NCBI GenBank assembly: GCA_951406725.2
Contig: OX597831.1
Coordinates: 55,614,001-55,678,000 of the forward strand
Source: Octopus vulgaris
Lineage: Eukaryota
Length of the DNA stretch: 64,000 nt
Reading direction: 5' to 3'
This document shows positions 50,780-64,000 of this stretch, in pieces. The position numbers and the translations under genes were made by a program. The notes beneath the pieces are model-generated. The model made no database searches. It had not been told where the DNA came from and worked only from the letters and a program-made list of their open reading frames with translations. The stretch's first letter is position 1. Every line of letters begins with the position of its first letter.

Positions 50780-52500
50780 ATCCGATATCTTAACAAGAAA
50801 CTCAGAAATCCACAACAGCCCTAATTAATTAATTCAACATAATCCCCAGCTCCATACATATAAGCCCAAAACACCAAATGACCTCCTTAACAGCACTAAC
50901 CCTCACAACTCCAACTATAATTCCACTGCTAACACCGGATCCTTTAATTACCTTAACGCCCAACTATACCTCTTGTAAAAATTGAGAACGACACAGAAGA
51001 TACCACCGGGTACAATAGATATCATATCATACAACCCCACAAAATCGCCCTCAACTCCTTAACAAATACTAATCTTAATGCCAGCAATAATAACGAACCT
51101 AACACCGCTTCTTCATTAAATAGCAATCCCCTCACAAGTTCATCCAAGATACCCTCAACAATCTTATGCAACTGTAGACGCCTAACCTCCTGTCCTTTAG
51201 ATAACCGCTGTTTCACAAAAAACATCGTTTATAAGCGTACAGTATCAATTGTCAACTGTAACTACATACGTATTGGCTCATGTATCACCACCTTCAAAGC
51301 TAGAGTGAGCAACCACTACTCCAGTTTCAAGTCCCAAACAAAATTCAACAGTACATAATTGTCTCAACTATTCAATAAACTAAAGTTTGATTCAACTCCT
51401 TACACTCGCAAGTTGTCCGTAGTCACTCACGGCAAACTATTCAGCTATAATAACAAGTGTGATCTCTGCATAGCCGAGGTTTTGACTATTTTGCTAGCCA
51501 CAGATTGTCTTAATGGGCGCAGCAGTATAATTTTTAGCTGCAAACATCGGTCACTAAACCTATTTTTAAAATACAAATAACAACAACCCCACCCCGATTT
51601 CCCTCAACCTTCATAAATTTTCCCTCTTACCAACCTTCACCACCACTATATATGAGACCAAAAATATATCCTCCCTTTAATTCCTTATTTACTTACTTCT
51701 CTCTGTATTTTTCCTTACCATAAAAAAATTTTTTTTCTCTTATTTCACCTGCCTCCTCTCCTACCCGCTTCCTTCGTAAACTTACCAATACATACACCGG
51801 TATACACCTCTACTACTTCATACTGCAAACACGCTCACAGCACCCAATATACATTCCTCAATTGAAAACCAGTAGTAGCCGCTACGATTCTTCCCCATTC
51901 TTTCTTCATGCACATATATATTTTCTCCCCCTTGACCAAAAACATTTCCCCACCCTTTCCACCCACCCCCACGTTATTATTTTCTGTGGTTCAACCAAAA
52001 CAGCCCTATTGAATACGACCGGTCAAATGACCGTGCTTAAATTCCTCATTCTGTCTTGCTTTCTTCATGCACACTTTTTTTCTCCCCCTTAATCAAAAAT
52101 ATTTCTCCACTCTCTTCCCTCCGCATTATATTAATTTCAAATACCACTCTCCTTGCTAATTTCTGTGATTCAGCCAAAATACTACCGGTCATATGACCTT
52201 GCTTAATTTCCTCATTCCCTTATATTTTCTTCATTTTCCTCTTCTTTTAATACTTATTTCTCTCTACATTTATATTCTCCTCTCCTACTGTGTTTTCTAC
52301 TCATTCTGATCAGATCTTCCATGCGTTAACAAGTACCTCCTTTTGAGAAGATAAACTTTCATTTAATCAAGATATCTTTGACCCGAAGAGTAGTCTGTGG
52401 TATACATCTCGCTTGGATATTTGCCACTTCTGAGGTTCCGATCGCTATGAAACATATTTATCTCGGATCTGATCTACTCCATTCCGTACCTCTTGATTCC
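50780..52500 (+). mobile_element. Penelope-like element 3' relic (GIY-YIG pseudogene 51167-51580, then UTR/pLTR)
   Basis: CNCRRLTSCPLDNRCFTKNIVYK..IG..TFKARVSNHYSSF..*..CDLCIAE..LNGRS..CKH; hammerhead-like CCGAAGA-GUAG...CUAU-GAAAC at about 52383-52452; about 160-bp tandem duplication at 51900-52215. Confidence 0.78.
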
Positions 52501-52897
52501 GACCCGCTTGATACTTTGTTGAAGTATTGTGTTTAATTTCAAAATAAAGTTGCTTGTGTAAACATTTGTTTCAAAATAAATCTAAAATTTATAAGTGGCA
52601 ATAAAGCAATAGCCTATAATTTTAAACAAACGAAAAGTATGAAAAATTCTTGACTCAGTAATTTGATTATTTGACTGTTAGTACATAAAGTATACAAACT
52701 GACCTCAAAAAAACTTTCTATAATTAAAGTGGCCCGCAATGTAATTCGAGTTGGCCAGGCCTGGTCTACAGCGATAATTTTTCTCTATGACAAAATGCAA
52801 TGAATGGTTTTCTTACGCGTTCGAATATGTTTCAAGCATATTTGAATTGGTAACAAGTTTATATTTGCATACATCACTGTTTAGCGCTTCTAATCCC

Positions 52898-53154
<257 letters not shown>

Positions 53155-53547
53155 TCATTCATCTGACTGCGGTCATTCTGGAGCACCGCCTTTTGTCGAA
53201 GAAATCGACCCCAGGACTTATTCTTTGCCAGCCTAGTACTTATTCTATCCGTCTCTTTTGCCGAGCCGCTACGTTACGGGGACGTGAACACACTTTGATC
53301 GGTTGTCAAGCGATGGTGGGGGAGGATAAACACAGACACACAACCACACACACACACACACACATATATATACGATGGGCTTCTTTCAGTTTCCGTCTAC
53401 CAAATTCACTCATAAAGCTCTGGTCGGCCAGAGGCTATAGTAGAAGACACTTGCCCAAGGTGCCACGTCGTAGGACTGAACCCGGAACCATGTGGTTGGT
53501 AAGCAAGCTACTTACCACACAGCCACTCTTGCGCCTATATCTGTCTG

Positions 53548-53614
<67 letters not shown>

Positions 53615-53635
53615 GTCTGTCTGTCTGTCTGTCTG

Positions 53636-53696
<61 letters not shown>

Positions 53697-53701
<5 letters not shown>

Positions 53702-53885
53702 AAATTTATAGACAAACAAAAGACGAAAATAGGTATATGAACAACAAGCAGGTGTATCAGTTTGGCACTCGAGAAAGTGAAAAAGTCGCTTATGTTTCGA
53801 GCCTACGCTCTTCAACAGAAAGGAATAAAAGAAAACAGAGAGAGAGAAAAAAAACTTGTGAATTTAGCGGTTAAGCATGGCGACT
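53697..53885 (-). mobile_element. Penelope-like pseudo-LTR with variant hammerhead (53790-53820)
   Basis: Minus strand CUGUUGA-A-GAGC-GUAG-GCUC-GAAAC-AUA; abuts (TA)n. Confidence 0.55.
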
Positions 53886-54630
53886 GATTAGAAGAAAAAA
53901 AGGCTTGCTAGAAGAGGTTGAAAGAAGGGGAGGTAATAAAGTATTGGTGATCCCAAAATGAAGGTGCGCGTGCGTGTGTTTGTGAGAATGTGTAAGTGTG
54001 TGTATGGCTAGGGGCTAATGACTTTGACGTGTGTGAATGTGTGCGTGTGTAAGTGCATTCGTCTGTAACGCGTGGGTGTGTGGATGATGGTGCGTGGCTC
54101 GTGGGTCTGCGGATGATGGTGTGGTGTGGGTGCTTGAGGTTGGTCAGTGCTAGTGTGTTTGGAGTGGTGTGATTGTGGGGTGGTGTAGGGTGGCGGTGGG
54201 ACACATACATACGTACACACTCGCACATTCATACACACACTCACACATAATGAATGAAGGGAACGGAAAATGGCGTTTGCAAGAATCTTTATTCAAAACA
54301 ACGATTGTTTCGACCCATCCTGCAATCCTGCATTTGTCCCTTGCTGGTGGAATACTGTACAGCTGGTTGTGTTAGATCCTCCAGTGCAGAATGTATCTCA
54401 TCGGGTTTCTTAATTTAAACACAACCAGCTGTACAGTGTGATCTGATAAGCTTGTCCTGCCTTGGTTTTGTTTTCTTCTTCCTTTAATTTATACCCGCTG
54501 ACTCGGAAGTAGGCTACAGATCCACAACTCCAGTCCCCGTTGTGAACTTGGATCCTAGTCGCTTATCAATTGGAGGACTCACACAGCGTACCTATTAGTT
54601 TATATCATAAGGGGCCTAGACCCTTCTTAT

Positions 54631-54732
<102 letters not shown>

Positions 54733-55001
54733 TGTGTGTGTGAGACCACAGCTTGACGACTGGTGTTGGTGTGTTTTCATCTCCGTAAGTTAGCAGTTCA
54801 GCAAAAGAGAACGATAAGATAAGTAACGGACTAAAAAAAAAAAAAAGTACAGTTGTTGAACTGCCCGAGGTCGTGCCCCAGCATGGCCTCAATCTAATGA
54901 CTAAAATAAATAAAAAAATAAAAGATTATAAGCATTCATTATGGAAACCACATTTTGAGTCAGACAATGGTTGAGAAGTGAAACGGTTGTAGGGGAATAA
55001 A

Positions 55002-55231
55002 AGGCGGCGAGCTGGCAGAAACGTTAGCACGCCGGGCGAAATGCTTAGCGGTATTTCGTCTGCGTTACGTTGTGAGTTCATATTCCGCCGAGGTCGACTT
55101 TGCCTTTCATCCTTTCGGGGTCGATAAATTAAGTACCAGTTACGCACTGGGGTCGATATAATCGACTTAATACCTATGTCTGCCCTTGTTTGTCCCCTCT
55201 ATGTTTAGCCCCTTGTGGGTAATAAAGAAAT
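55002..55231 (+). mobile_element. SINE family A, full copy (others: 459-680 +, 10305-10431 +, 21453-21682 -, 35203-35432 -, 41857-42047 -, 62117-62349 +)
   Basis: ggcggcgagctggcagaaacgttagc head, B-box gagttcaaattcc (family consensus), tail ..ccccttgtggg.aataaagaaat; TSDs mostly 14-18 bp. Confidence 0.9.
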
Positions 55232-56459
55232 AGGTTACATGGGAATAAAAATGTTGTAGCCCACTGCTGTATCAAACTTCACTAATTCATCTCGGAAGAA
55301 TGACAGGTTGAGCTGACCTCGACGGGATTTGAACTAAGAGCGCATTTAGGTGGAACAAACACATTCTATCCGATATACTAACGACTCGGTCAATACACCA
55401 CCTTCCGTCTCTATTAATGTCTCTCTCTGCGCGGGCGCGCGAATGTTCACGTGCGGGAATGACTAAAACACTTATGACTTGAGCTGTAATAATAGATACC
55501 CTCTCTCATCGTCTAAAAGAACACAGAAGTATATTAGATATGCCCCAATTTCAGCAGCCTAAACTCAGGAGGAAAAGTTTTTAGTGCACTAAAACATGTA
55601 ATATGTAATAGGTGCGTGGCTTAGTGGTTAGAGTATTCGGCTCACGATCTTAAGGTCGTAAGTTCGATTCCCGCCGGCGCGTTGTGTCCTCGGGCAAGAC
55701 ACTTTATTTCACGTTGCTCCCGTCCATTCAGCCGACAAAACAGAGAAGTACCTGCGTTTCAAAGGCCAGTCTTCTCACATTTTGTTTTCATGCTGAATCT
55801 TCCCGAGAACTACGTTAAGGGTACGCGATCTGTGGAGTGCTCAGCCATTTGCTCGTTAATATCAGCTAAGCGAAACTTTGAGAAAATAATGAACCGATTA
55901 TAATGCATGCAATGACTCTGGTTAAGAAGGAAAAATAAGTACTGAGGTCGACTAAACCCTTCAAGGAGGTGTCCTAGCATGGCTACATTCCAATGACTGA
56001 AACAAACAAAAGATAAAAGAAAGATTGGTTGCAGTCTCCGTGCGTGTCAATGTGGGACATTAATGGCGATGAACTCTAGCTTGCGAAATTCCTATCGCCT
56101 GGTAAACTGAAACCTATTGCTGAAGAAGTCTTTAAGAAGCCACACGAATAAAATTGTTTAAATGTTGAGAGCAAAGCATTAATTTAAGTTGCATATCTAG
56201 GAATCTGTAAAATAATTCGACAGCAGGCATGGCTGTGTGGTAAGAAGTTTGCTTCCTTACCACATGGTTCCAGGTTCAATCCCACTGCGTGGCACCTTGG
56301 GCAAATGACTTCTACTATAGCCCCCGGCCGACCAGAGCCTTGCGAGTGAATTTGTTAGATGCAAACTGAAGGAAGTTCGGTGTATATATTTTGGCGCAAA
56401 ACAAAACCAGTTGCACAGTCAGAGTTTAACGTAACAGTTATAGATTATGACCCGGTAGG

Positions 56460-56514
56460 CCACACTGACGAGGCTCAGGGTTTAAATACTCAGAAGCCGA
56501 AACCTAGTATGTGG
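56460..56514 (+). ncRNA. Type I minimal hammerhead ribozyme, complete core
   Basis: CCACA-CUGACGA-GGCU...AGCC-GAAA-C-CUA-G-UA-UGUGG; 5-bp stem I; predicted cleavage after 56509. Confidence 0.8.
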
Positions 56515-56834
56515 ATAGCCTTAATTGCGTAATATTTATATTTGTGCTGTTAAATGTTTTAATCCTTTCTGTTTTCCTCGCATACTGTTTTTCTCTGTTA
56601 TCTTGGTGCGGTACGGTGGATAAATTTAAGACTTTAGCTCTTATTTCTAGCAGGTAGATTCTTGTTAAGCATCATAACGCTTAGTGCAAATTTATAATTC
56701 ATAGCTATTTAATGCTATTGCACCTGAGATCCACTTATGTCACTGCTGGTGATATCATCAATTTTAAAATTTATCCACAGATGATATGAACAGTAGTGAC
56801 ATCTGATTTCAAATCTCAGTGTTTGAATGATTTA

Positions 56835-56916
<82 letters not shown>

Positions 56917-57505
56917 TGTATGTACATATCTGTGTGCGTGTGTCTGTATTTGTCCTCACTCCATCACCGCTTGACAACCGGTTTTCGTGTGTTTATGTCC
57001 CCGTAACTTAGCGGTTCGACAGAGTAGGTACTAGGCTTTAAAAAATAAGTCCTGGGGTCGATTTGCTCGACTAAACCCCTTTCAAGGTGCTCCAGCATGG
57101 CCGTAGTCAAATGACCGAAACAAGTAAAAAAATACTGGATACCGTGGTCAATCTCCCTCAACTCACACCGTACCATTTTAAAAAGGAAGGATACATCAGT
57201 CAGAGCAGTTGTGTGTAACCTGAAAGAGACAGGATGCTTAGGCTTAGGATGCTTTGATCAGAGTTCTATTCGATCAAAGTTTACCAGGATTTAGAAACAA
57301 TGACTTTGGCATTCTTCTTAACTAATACTTTTTGCTATAAAGGCTCTAAAAGTTCGAAATCCATCTGGCGCTGTCGCTGGTTGCTGTTGGGACAAATTTT
57401 AATCTCTCTGATATGTATTGTGTTTCTGACACAGCAAGGTCATAATAGATGCTATCTCAGGGCTAATGCTACTGCAACTGACCTATCGGCAGTGTTTATA
57501 TATAA

Positions 57506-57904
57506 CTAGCAGTATCACCCGGCGTTGCTCCGGTTTGTAAGGAAAATAACTATATAAGCATTTTTAGAGAGTTATAGCCAAAAAATAGCAAAAAAATGCA
57601 TTAAAAATGGAAAAAAAAATGATGGTAAATTTTTTAAAAAATCGTTGACTCATCGTAGACATTTTTAGAGAGTTACTTCCCTTATATAATAGCGAAAAAA
57701 TGCATCAAAATGGAAAAAAATGATGGTAAATTATTTTTTAAATCGTAGACTCATCGTAGACGCGCGCTAATACCCAGAAGGGCTCGATATGAATCACGAC
57801 TATAAGATATCCACTTTTGGTTACACTGCACCGCAAAATGTGGGAGTAGTTAGGAATCCAAATCGTAGGAGACAGACACACAACTTCACTTTTATATATA
57901 AAGA
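57506..57904 (-). mobile_element. Non-autonomous Helitron
   Basis: Minus strand: A^TCTTTATATATAAAAG 5' end; subterminal hairpin ACCGGAGCAACGCCGGGT; CTAG^T 3' end; internal tandem duplication. Confidence 0.85.
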
Positions 57905-57960
57905 TAAGTATGCTGTGTAACTGGTCATTTTAATTAAATACTGTCTTGATGTGTATACCA

Positions 57961-58302
57961 GTGAAGGTGCATGGCTCACTGGTTAGAGCGTCGGACTCAC
58001 AATCATGAGGTAGTGAGTTCGATTCCCGCACCGGACTGTGTGTTATGTTCTTGACTGAAACACTTATTTCACGTTGCTCCATTTCACTCATTGTAGAAAT
58101 GAGTTGCGACGTCACTGGTGCCAAACTGTATCGGCCTTTGCCTCTCCTTTGGACAACATCTGTGGCTTGGAAAGCGGATGTTGGTATGCATGGGCGACTG
58201 CTGGTCTTCCATAAACAACCTTGCTGGGACTTGTTCCTCAAAGGGTAACTTTCAAGGTGCAATCCCATGGTTATTCATGACCGAAGGATGTCTTTACCCT
58301 TT
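57961..58302 (+). mobile_element. SINE family C (tRNA-derived CORE SINEs; related heads at 23703 +, 55611 +, 30080-30371 -, 14985-15238 -)
   Basis: tggctcactggttagagcg..gagttcgattccc head followed by CORE-like acacttatttcacgttgctcc. Confidence 0.75.
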
Positions 58303-61158
58303 TGCGTATACCGGATAAAATGCAGTATTTTCCCCCCCATGGTGCTTCATGTTGCTTTCTATAGTTTTATAGAATTTTCTCTTTCAACTATCGCCGGAAA
58401 ATAATGAAGTTATGGAAACGGCTACAAAGCAATATTAAAACTATTTTTCGAATTTTACAAATCGTTTAAATTATTTAAGTAATAAAAAAAATCCCTTAAA
58501 TATTGGGGGCAAAAGAATTATCTCCCTTAGACGTGTTACATTAAGTACAGTGGGTTTTTGTTTTAGTTTTTCAACTTGGGCTGGAGCGCTCCACTTTGTG
58601 GGAGTTCAGAAGACGGCAGTAGACACCAAAAAGACGCTGGGTATTTTAGAGGGGCCACGATTTTTTCTAAGAAACCGAATACTTAGTCTAGATACAGTAC
58701 CTATATTTTAAGCACATTTTCCAAAAAGAACTGTTGGAATGAGAATCATGAGTCGAATATTGTATTGTCAGTGAGCAGAAAACATGGCTGATGCTGCACC
58801 AAGGTTCAATGTTTCTTTATAGAAATCCTTTTATCTTTTATGTTTTACTTGCTTCATTCATTAGACTGCGGCCATGTTGGAGCACCGCCTTGAATTTTAG
58901 TCGAACGAATCGACCCAAGTACATATTATCACTTTTTGTTTGTAAGGCCCAGTAGTTATTCTATCATTTTCTTTTGCTGAACCGCCAGCTAACGGGGACG
59001 TAAATACACCAAGACCGGTTGTGAAGCGGTGGTCTCACACACACACACACACACACACGCACACATTCGTCAGACTTCTTCAGTTTCCATTTACCAAATC
59101 TACCCACAAGGTTGTGGTCACCCCGAAGCTATAGTAGAAGACAATTGCCCAAGGTGTCATGCAATGGGACTCAACTCAGATTCATGTGACTGGGAAGCAA
59201 ACTTGTTACCACACAGCCACGCCTTACCTTTTTTTTTTTTTTTAAATTTCTAGTAATTTCCTTAAAAATTTAACAAGAATGTGATAAGTCACTACATGAA
59301 ATTAGCTTATTTATTTACTTGTTTGTTTGTTTGTTCATTTTTTTTCATGAAACATGCAAAGGGAACATTTGCAAAACGCTATTCTGTGAAAGTTGGCAGC
59401 TGAGCTACAAAAACTCGAGAACCACCGATTTAATAAAGCAATGTGACACAATTCAGTTAGGTCACCATGAATGTGTACTTGTATGTATGTGTGTATGTGC
59501 TTGGGTGTATGTAGTGCTTGTGTGTGTGTGTGTGAGAAATAGAGGTAGAGAGGGGAGAGAGAGAGGGAGGGAGGGAAGAGACTGTATGTAACGTTCTTAT
59601 TAATTCATATCGTTTAATGAAATTTTGCTGAGACACGTGTTCAAGGGGGTAGTTTACAATAATGTTGATAACATTTTTGTAAATTATTAATCAAAAGCAA
59701 AAAATTCCATATCGTTTTAATCATTCATTATCTTGCTTACGATAGCTTCACAACATAAAAATAGCTATGACAAGATCCTGATTAAAGTTATTGCTTATCG
59801 ATTAAAGATATTAGTCAACGGCTATTATAACCGTAATATGTTTACGGCTGATGAAGACAGAATAATACCAATAGATGTTTAAAGTTGTCTTTCTTTCCTA
59901 CCGAGACCATAAAAACCATATAGTCATTGATTAATACTGTGTTTCCCATCGCATCACAGCACAATTATTTCTAATTAGTTTTAAACGTGTGAAAACTAAT
60001 TTGCATCTTTTCTGAACATCTCCCTTTCATGTATGAAGCTGTGCCGTAACTACTGTTGTGCACTCGTTCTCTCCTCTCTGAATCCCGTAACTGTCGTCTG
60101 CATCAAACAGACTGTCGTCTGCATCAGCTTTTCGTTATGCTTTATTCTACAAGTTCTTTATTTCATTTTGTAACTCCCAGAACAAACAATGATTTCCAAG
60201 CTACATACAAGAGCAATACTTTTTTTTTTATCACATAATGGTAGGATATTAACACTCGTTTTATCCTTCACTAGAGTGATAAAAAGAATAACGTTCTTCA
60301 GTGTGGTTTGAATTTAAGGATACGATGCCTACAGAGACGAAAAGAAATACTTTAATGTACTGATTCCAAATTTTACTGCAATCTTTACCGCACACCACTA
60401 AAACGAAAGAGACGTGACTTCTAGGAATAGCAGTCACGTATCCTCCATATTAAACTCTAACCTTTTAAAAATAAGAAGAACATATTGGATATTATCTGAT
60501 AAAAAAAAAACTATGTAAGAAAAAAGATAGGATGGTCACGTCTAGAACGATTTAGAGAATAGGTCTGCTCGTTCAGAGTTCATTTGAAGCTTTCAAGGGC
60601 CTTTCTTATAACTTGAATACCTTCTTGATACTTTGAACCCCCCACCCACCTCGACTTTGAAGACCTCTTTCGTACTTTGACGTCTTTCTTCATACTTTGA
60701 CAGCGTTTTTCATACTTAGAAAATCTACTTATTCTTTAAATACCTATTTCGAAGACACTCTGGTTGGTTTTTCTATGTCAAACATATACATCTATGGGTT
60801 CTAACTTTATAATCTCTTTCTCAAAATCTAGCTCATATCCCCCTACAGTTAGCTGGCTTTAGAGACGAAGTGGTCAATTGGACTAAGTGATAGCCTACTG
60901 GTCTATGCCTCGTGAGTTCAAATCTATTGCAGATGTTTTTGTTTTACAGTCGTTCATTATATTTCTATAAAGGACAGTGTACTTTTAAGTAGTCTCATTG
61001 TGACATGGACAGTGCGTAATGTGGGTTTTTTTCTGGAAATTTACTTGAGAAGATTTTTTTCTTTTTTTAAAGTTGCCGTTGTCCCACTCCTTAGACGCTT
61101 GTCATTTATTATACACTTATCTATGTTTAAAGATATATCTTTTTTTTAAAGTGAACAA

Positions 61159-61551
61159 AGGCGCAGGAGTGGCTGTGTGGTAAGTAGCTTGCTAACCAAC
61201 CACATGGTTCCGGGTTCAGTCCCACTGCGTGGCATCTTGGGCAAGTGTCTTCTGCTATAGCCCCGGGCCGACCAAAGCCTTGTGAGTGGATTTGGTAGAC
61301 GGAAACTGAAAGAAGCCTGTCGTATATATATATGTGTGTGTGTGTTTGTGTGTCTGTGTTTGTTCCCCTAGCATTGCTTGACAACCAATGCTGGTGTGTT
61401 TACGTCCCCGTTACTTAGCGGTTCAGCAAAAAGAGACCGATAGAATAAGTACTGGGCTTACAAAAGAATAAGTCCCGGGGTCGAGTTGCTCGACTAAAGG
61501 CGGTGCTCCAGCATGGCCGCAGTCAAATGACTGAAACAAGTAAAAGAGTAA
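61159..61551 (+). mobile_element. SINE family B (tRNA head, CORE-like segment, internal microsatellite), full copy (others: 7750-8119 -, 28050-28441 -, 29217-29624 +, 45712-46002 -, 53155-53535 -, 56225-57130 + interrupted, 58840-59225 -)
   Basis: A-box tggctgtgtgg, B-box ggttcagtccc, CORE-like cttgggcaagtgtctt, tail gactgaaacaagtaaaagag. Confidence 0.9.
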
Positions 61552-62934
61552 ATATACATAAGTCGTATCCTCTCAGGAACACAATGAATCAATTGCTGTA
61601 GATTTGAATCTACGTCAAGTGACCTGATAGCTTAATGCCATATCCACTCCACAACAGTACCTCTATGTATATGAATGTCATATATTATATATATGCAATC
61701 CAAACGGGAATTGACGCCAGGGTTTTTCTTTTTTCACATCCGCTTATATATCTCTACATTCATGTGTTTTTGCGTGTTCGTGTTTACGCATGATCAATGC
61801 TTTGGTTCCAGATTTTGATAGATCAACTGCATAATAATGATGATGATGATAATTGCGCCAAATTTTGGCTCAAGGCCAACCCCAGTGCTAAACAGTAACT
61901 AATTTTATCATTCCTGAAGGATGAAACGCAAAGTCAACGACCGCGGAATTTGAACTCAGAATGTTACTAAGACAGGTGTTTACGGTTCTGCCAGCTCGTC
62001 ATCTTAATAATAATAATTATGGCTTCAAAGTTCGGAGGAGAAGACTAGCACAACGATTGGAGGGGGGGACTAGTCGATTACATCGACCCCAGTGCTCAAC
62101 TGGTACTTAATTTATAAGGCGGCAAGTTGGCAGAAACGTTAGCACGCCGGGCGAAATGCTTAGAGGTATTTCGTCTGCAGTTACGTTGTGAGTTCAAATT
62201 CCGCCGAGGTCGACTTTGCCTTTCATCCTTTCGGGGTCGATAAATTAAGTACCAGTTACGCACTGGAGTCGATGTAATCGACTTAATACCTATGTCTGTC
62301 CTTGTTTGTCCCCTCTGTGTTTAGCCCCCCTGTGGGTAATATAGAAATAGGTGCTTAATTTATCGACCCCGAAAGGATGAATAACAAAGTCGACCTTGGC
62401 GAGATTTGAACTCAAAACGTGAAGCGGGACGAAATGCTGCTAAACATTTTGTCTGGCTCGCTAATTATTCTACCAGTTCGCCGCTTTGGCAACAACAACA
62501 ACAACAACAGCAGCAGCAGCAACAACAACAGCAGCAGGAGTAGCAACAAAACGTTTTGAAGTATTTAGATAATATAAGTGAAAGTCAAGTACTAGAGGTC
62601 AACTTAAACTTACCACCACCACCACACCGCAAAATAACTAGTGTTCTTGTGTGTATGGTAGAAATTATTATAATCATATAACAAATTATGTTCGGTCTAT
62701 TGGGTGGGGGTTGAAGTTAGCTATTGATCGTGTGTGGAGTCTGATTGTTTCCGTTTCTTTTTATTAATTCAATGACCTCTAATTGAATGTAATATACTTT
62801 CTCTTCAGTATCTTCAATCCTGTGCTACTTCGTAACAATTTTATTGAGGATATTGGCTTATCTCATCGCTGTTGATAGTCTCGTGATGTAATACATGCAT
62901 ATGCACGAGTTCACACACACGCACTCACTTTCCC

Positions 62935-63255
62935 ATAAGAATTTTTTGCGTAATAAGATAAAAAACCAAGGCTGTATAGATATTAGAGCATTTATAGATA
63001 GGTCTTACAGCTGTTTCTAGGATATTAATTAATAATATCCTTTCATCGTCTCTAATATCTATACAGCCTTGGTTTTTTTTATCTTATTACGCAAAAAATT
63101 CTTATATACACACGCTGACGTAGAACCAACATTTGACGGATATTTGTCCTCAACCGAAACCTCGTGTTAACAACAAACAAGATCAAGGCAAATATACGTC
63201 AAATGTAAATAATGTCAATAATGTACATAATTCCTCATCTCTTAAATATAGAACA
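62935..63255. mobile_element. Penelope-like terminal structure: about 55-bp inverted arms around a hammerhead remnant, followed by a second pLTR fragment
   Basis: Arms 62935-62988 and 63050-63105 are near perfect; minus strand GAUGA-AAGGAUAUU..AAUAUCCUA-GAAA-CAGCUG-UA-AGAC at 63002-63047; 63113-63255 resembles the tail at 31620-31750. Confidence 0.55.
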
Positions 63256-63503
63256 GTATTAGAAATATTGTTTACAATGTATTCTGGAGATGTATAACCG
63301 AATATATTAAGAAAAAGACGAGGACTATAGCATTTAAAAAACTATCTTTTCTATTTCATAACTGGATGCCAATGAAATGAAAGTTAACCACCTGGATAAA
63401 AACCAGGTTGAAAGAAAGGAAATCGAGATATTTGTTTACAAGATTTGCATGTTTATCTGGAAATGTGCCAATACTAATGCTCAAGATATATATATATATA
63501 TAT

Positions 63504-63918
63504 AATTTATAAGTAAGGGCAAAAGAAAAAAATTCTAATGCCAAAATATGCCGAAAATAGACACAACGTCAATAACCATGTAATTTATCACTACAAGCAC
63601 GCGTTTCAAAGAAAACCGACAGAAATTTCTTTAAAAATCCCGTTATTACCATATCGGACCCGATTTCAGAGTTAGTTCATAAGAACCTTCAGTGATAAAT
63701 GCGGCAAAGAAATAAGTGAAATACTTATACCCATAAGTTCTTATGAACTAACTCTGAAATCGGGTCCAATATGGTAATAACGGGATTTTTTAGAAATTTC
63801 TGTCGGCTTTCTTCGAAACGCATGCTTGTAGTGATAAATTACATGGTTATTGACGTTATGTCTATTTTCGGCATATTTTGGCATTAGAAATTTTTTCTTT
63901 TGCTCTTACTTATAAATT
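63504..63918. repeat. Long near-perfect inverted repeat (about 183-bp arms, 50-bp loop), probable MITE
   Basis: 63504-63686 is the reverse complement of 63737-63918 with few mismatches. Confidence 0.85.
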
Positions 63919-64000
63919 GTTTATAAATTTAACCTTTAAAGGTATTTTTTAATATGCTGGCCATTGATAGAATTTTTTCCGAAAAATGTTATCCTATATT

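Noticed and set aside
55611-55690. tRNA gene (also 57965, 23703, 30300-30371)
   Set aside because: A and B boxes run straight into CORE-like SINE bodies; no complete acceptor stem or terminator.
59848-59900. CUGAUGA hammerhead candidate
   Set aside because: A stem II-like AGACA..UGUCU is present but there is no following GAAA or stem I partner.

Overview
Repeat-dense, AT-rich animal DNA. The repeat set (tRNA/CORE SINEs, RTE LINEs, Penelope remnants, very long microsatellites) suggests an octopus or other coleoid cephalopod (inference). Two protein genes are supported. One is the 3' eight exons of NOC3L (+, 1970-23084), whose splice phases join into one open frame. The other is an intronless EF-hand nicotinamidase of Naam/PNC1 type (+, 36888-37982), about 1 kb downstream of a perfect RFX X-box. 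The rest is mobile DNA: RTE, CR1 and CRE relics, three SINE families, a mariner interrupted by an ORF1-only L1/Tx1-like element, a Helitron, and MULE- and piggyBac-type MITEs. The main hidden signal is about ten Penelope-type hammerhead ribozyme motifs. Two have complete cores (41191-41280 minus, 56460-56514 plus), and one family has a tRNA-like Pol III head and occurs as a head-to-head dimer. A possible unannotated minus-strand gene starts at the X-box. All calls are by eye; repeat boundaries are approximate unless a TSD or TIR is quoted.
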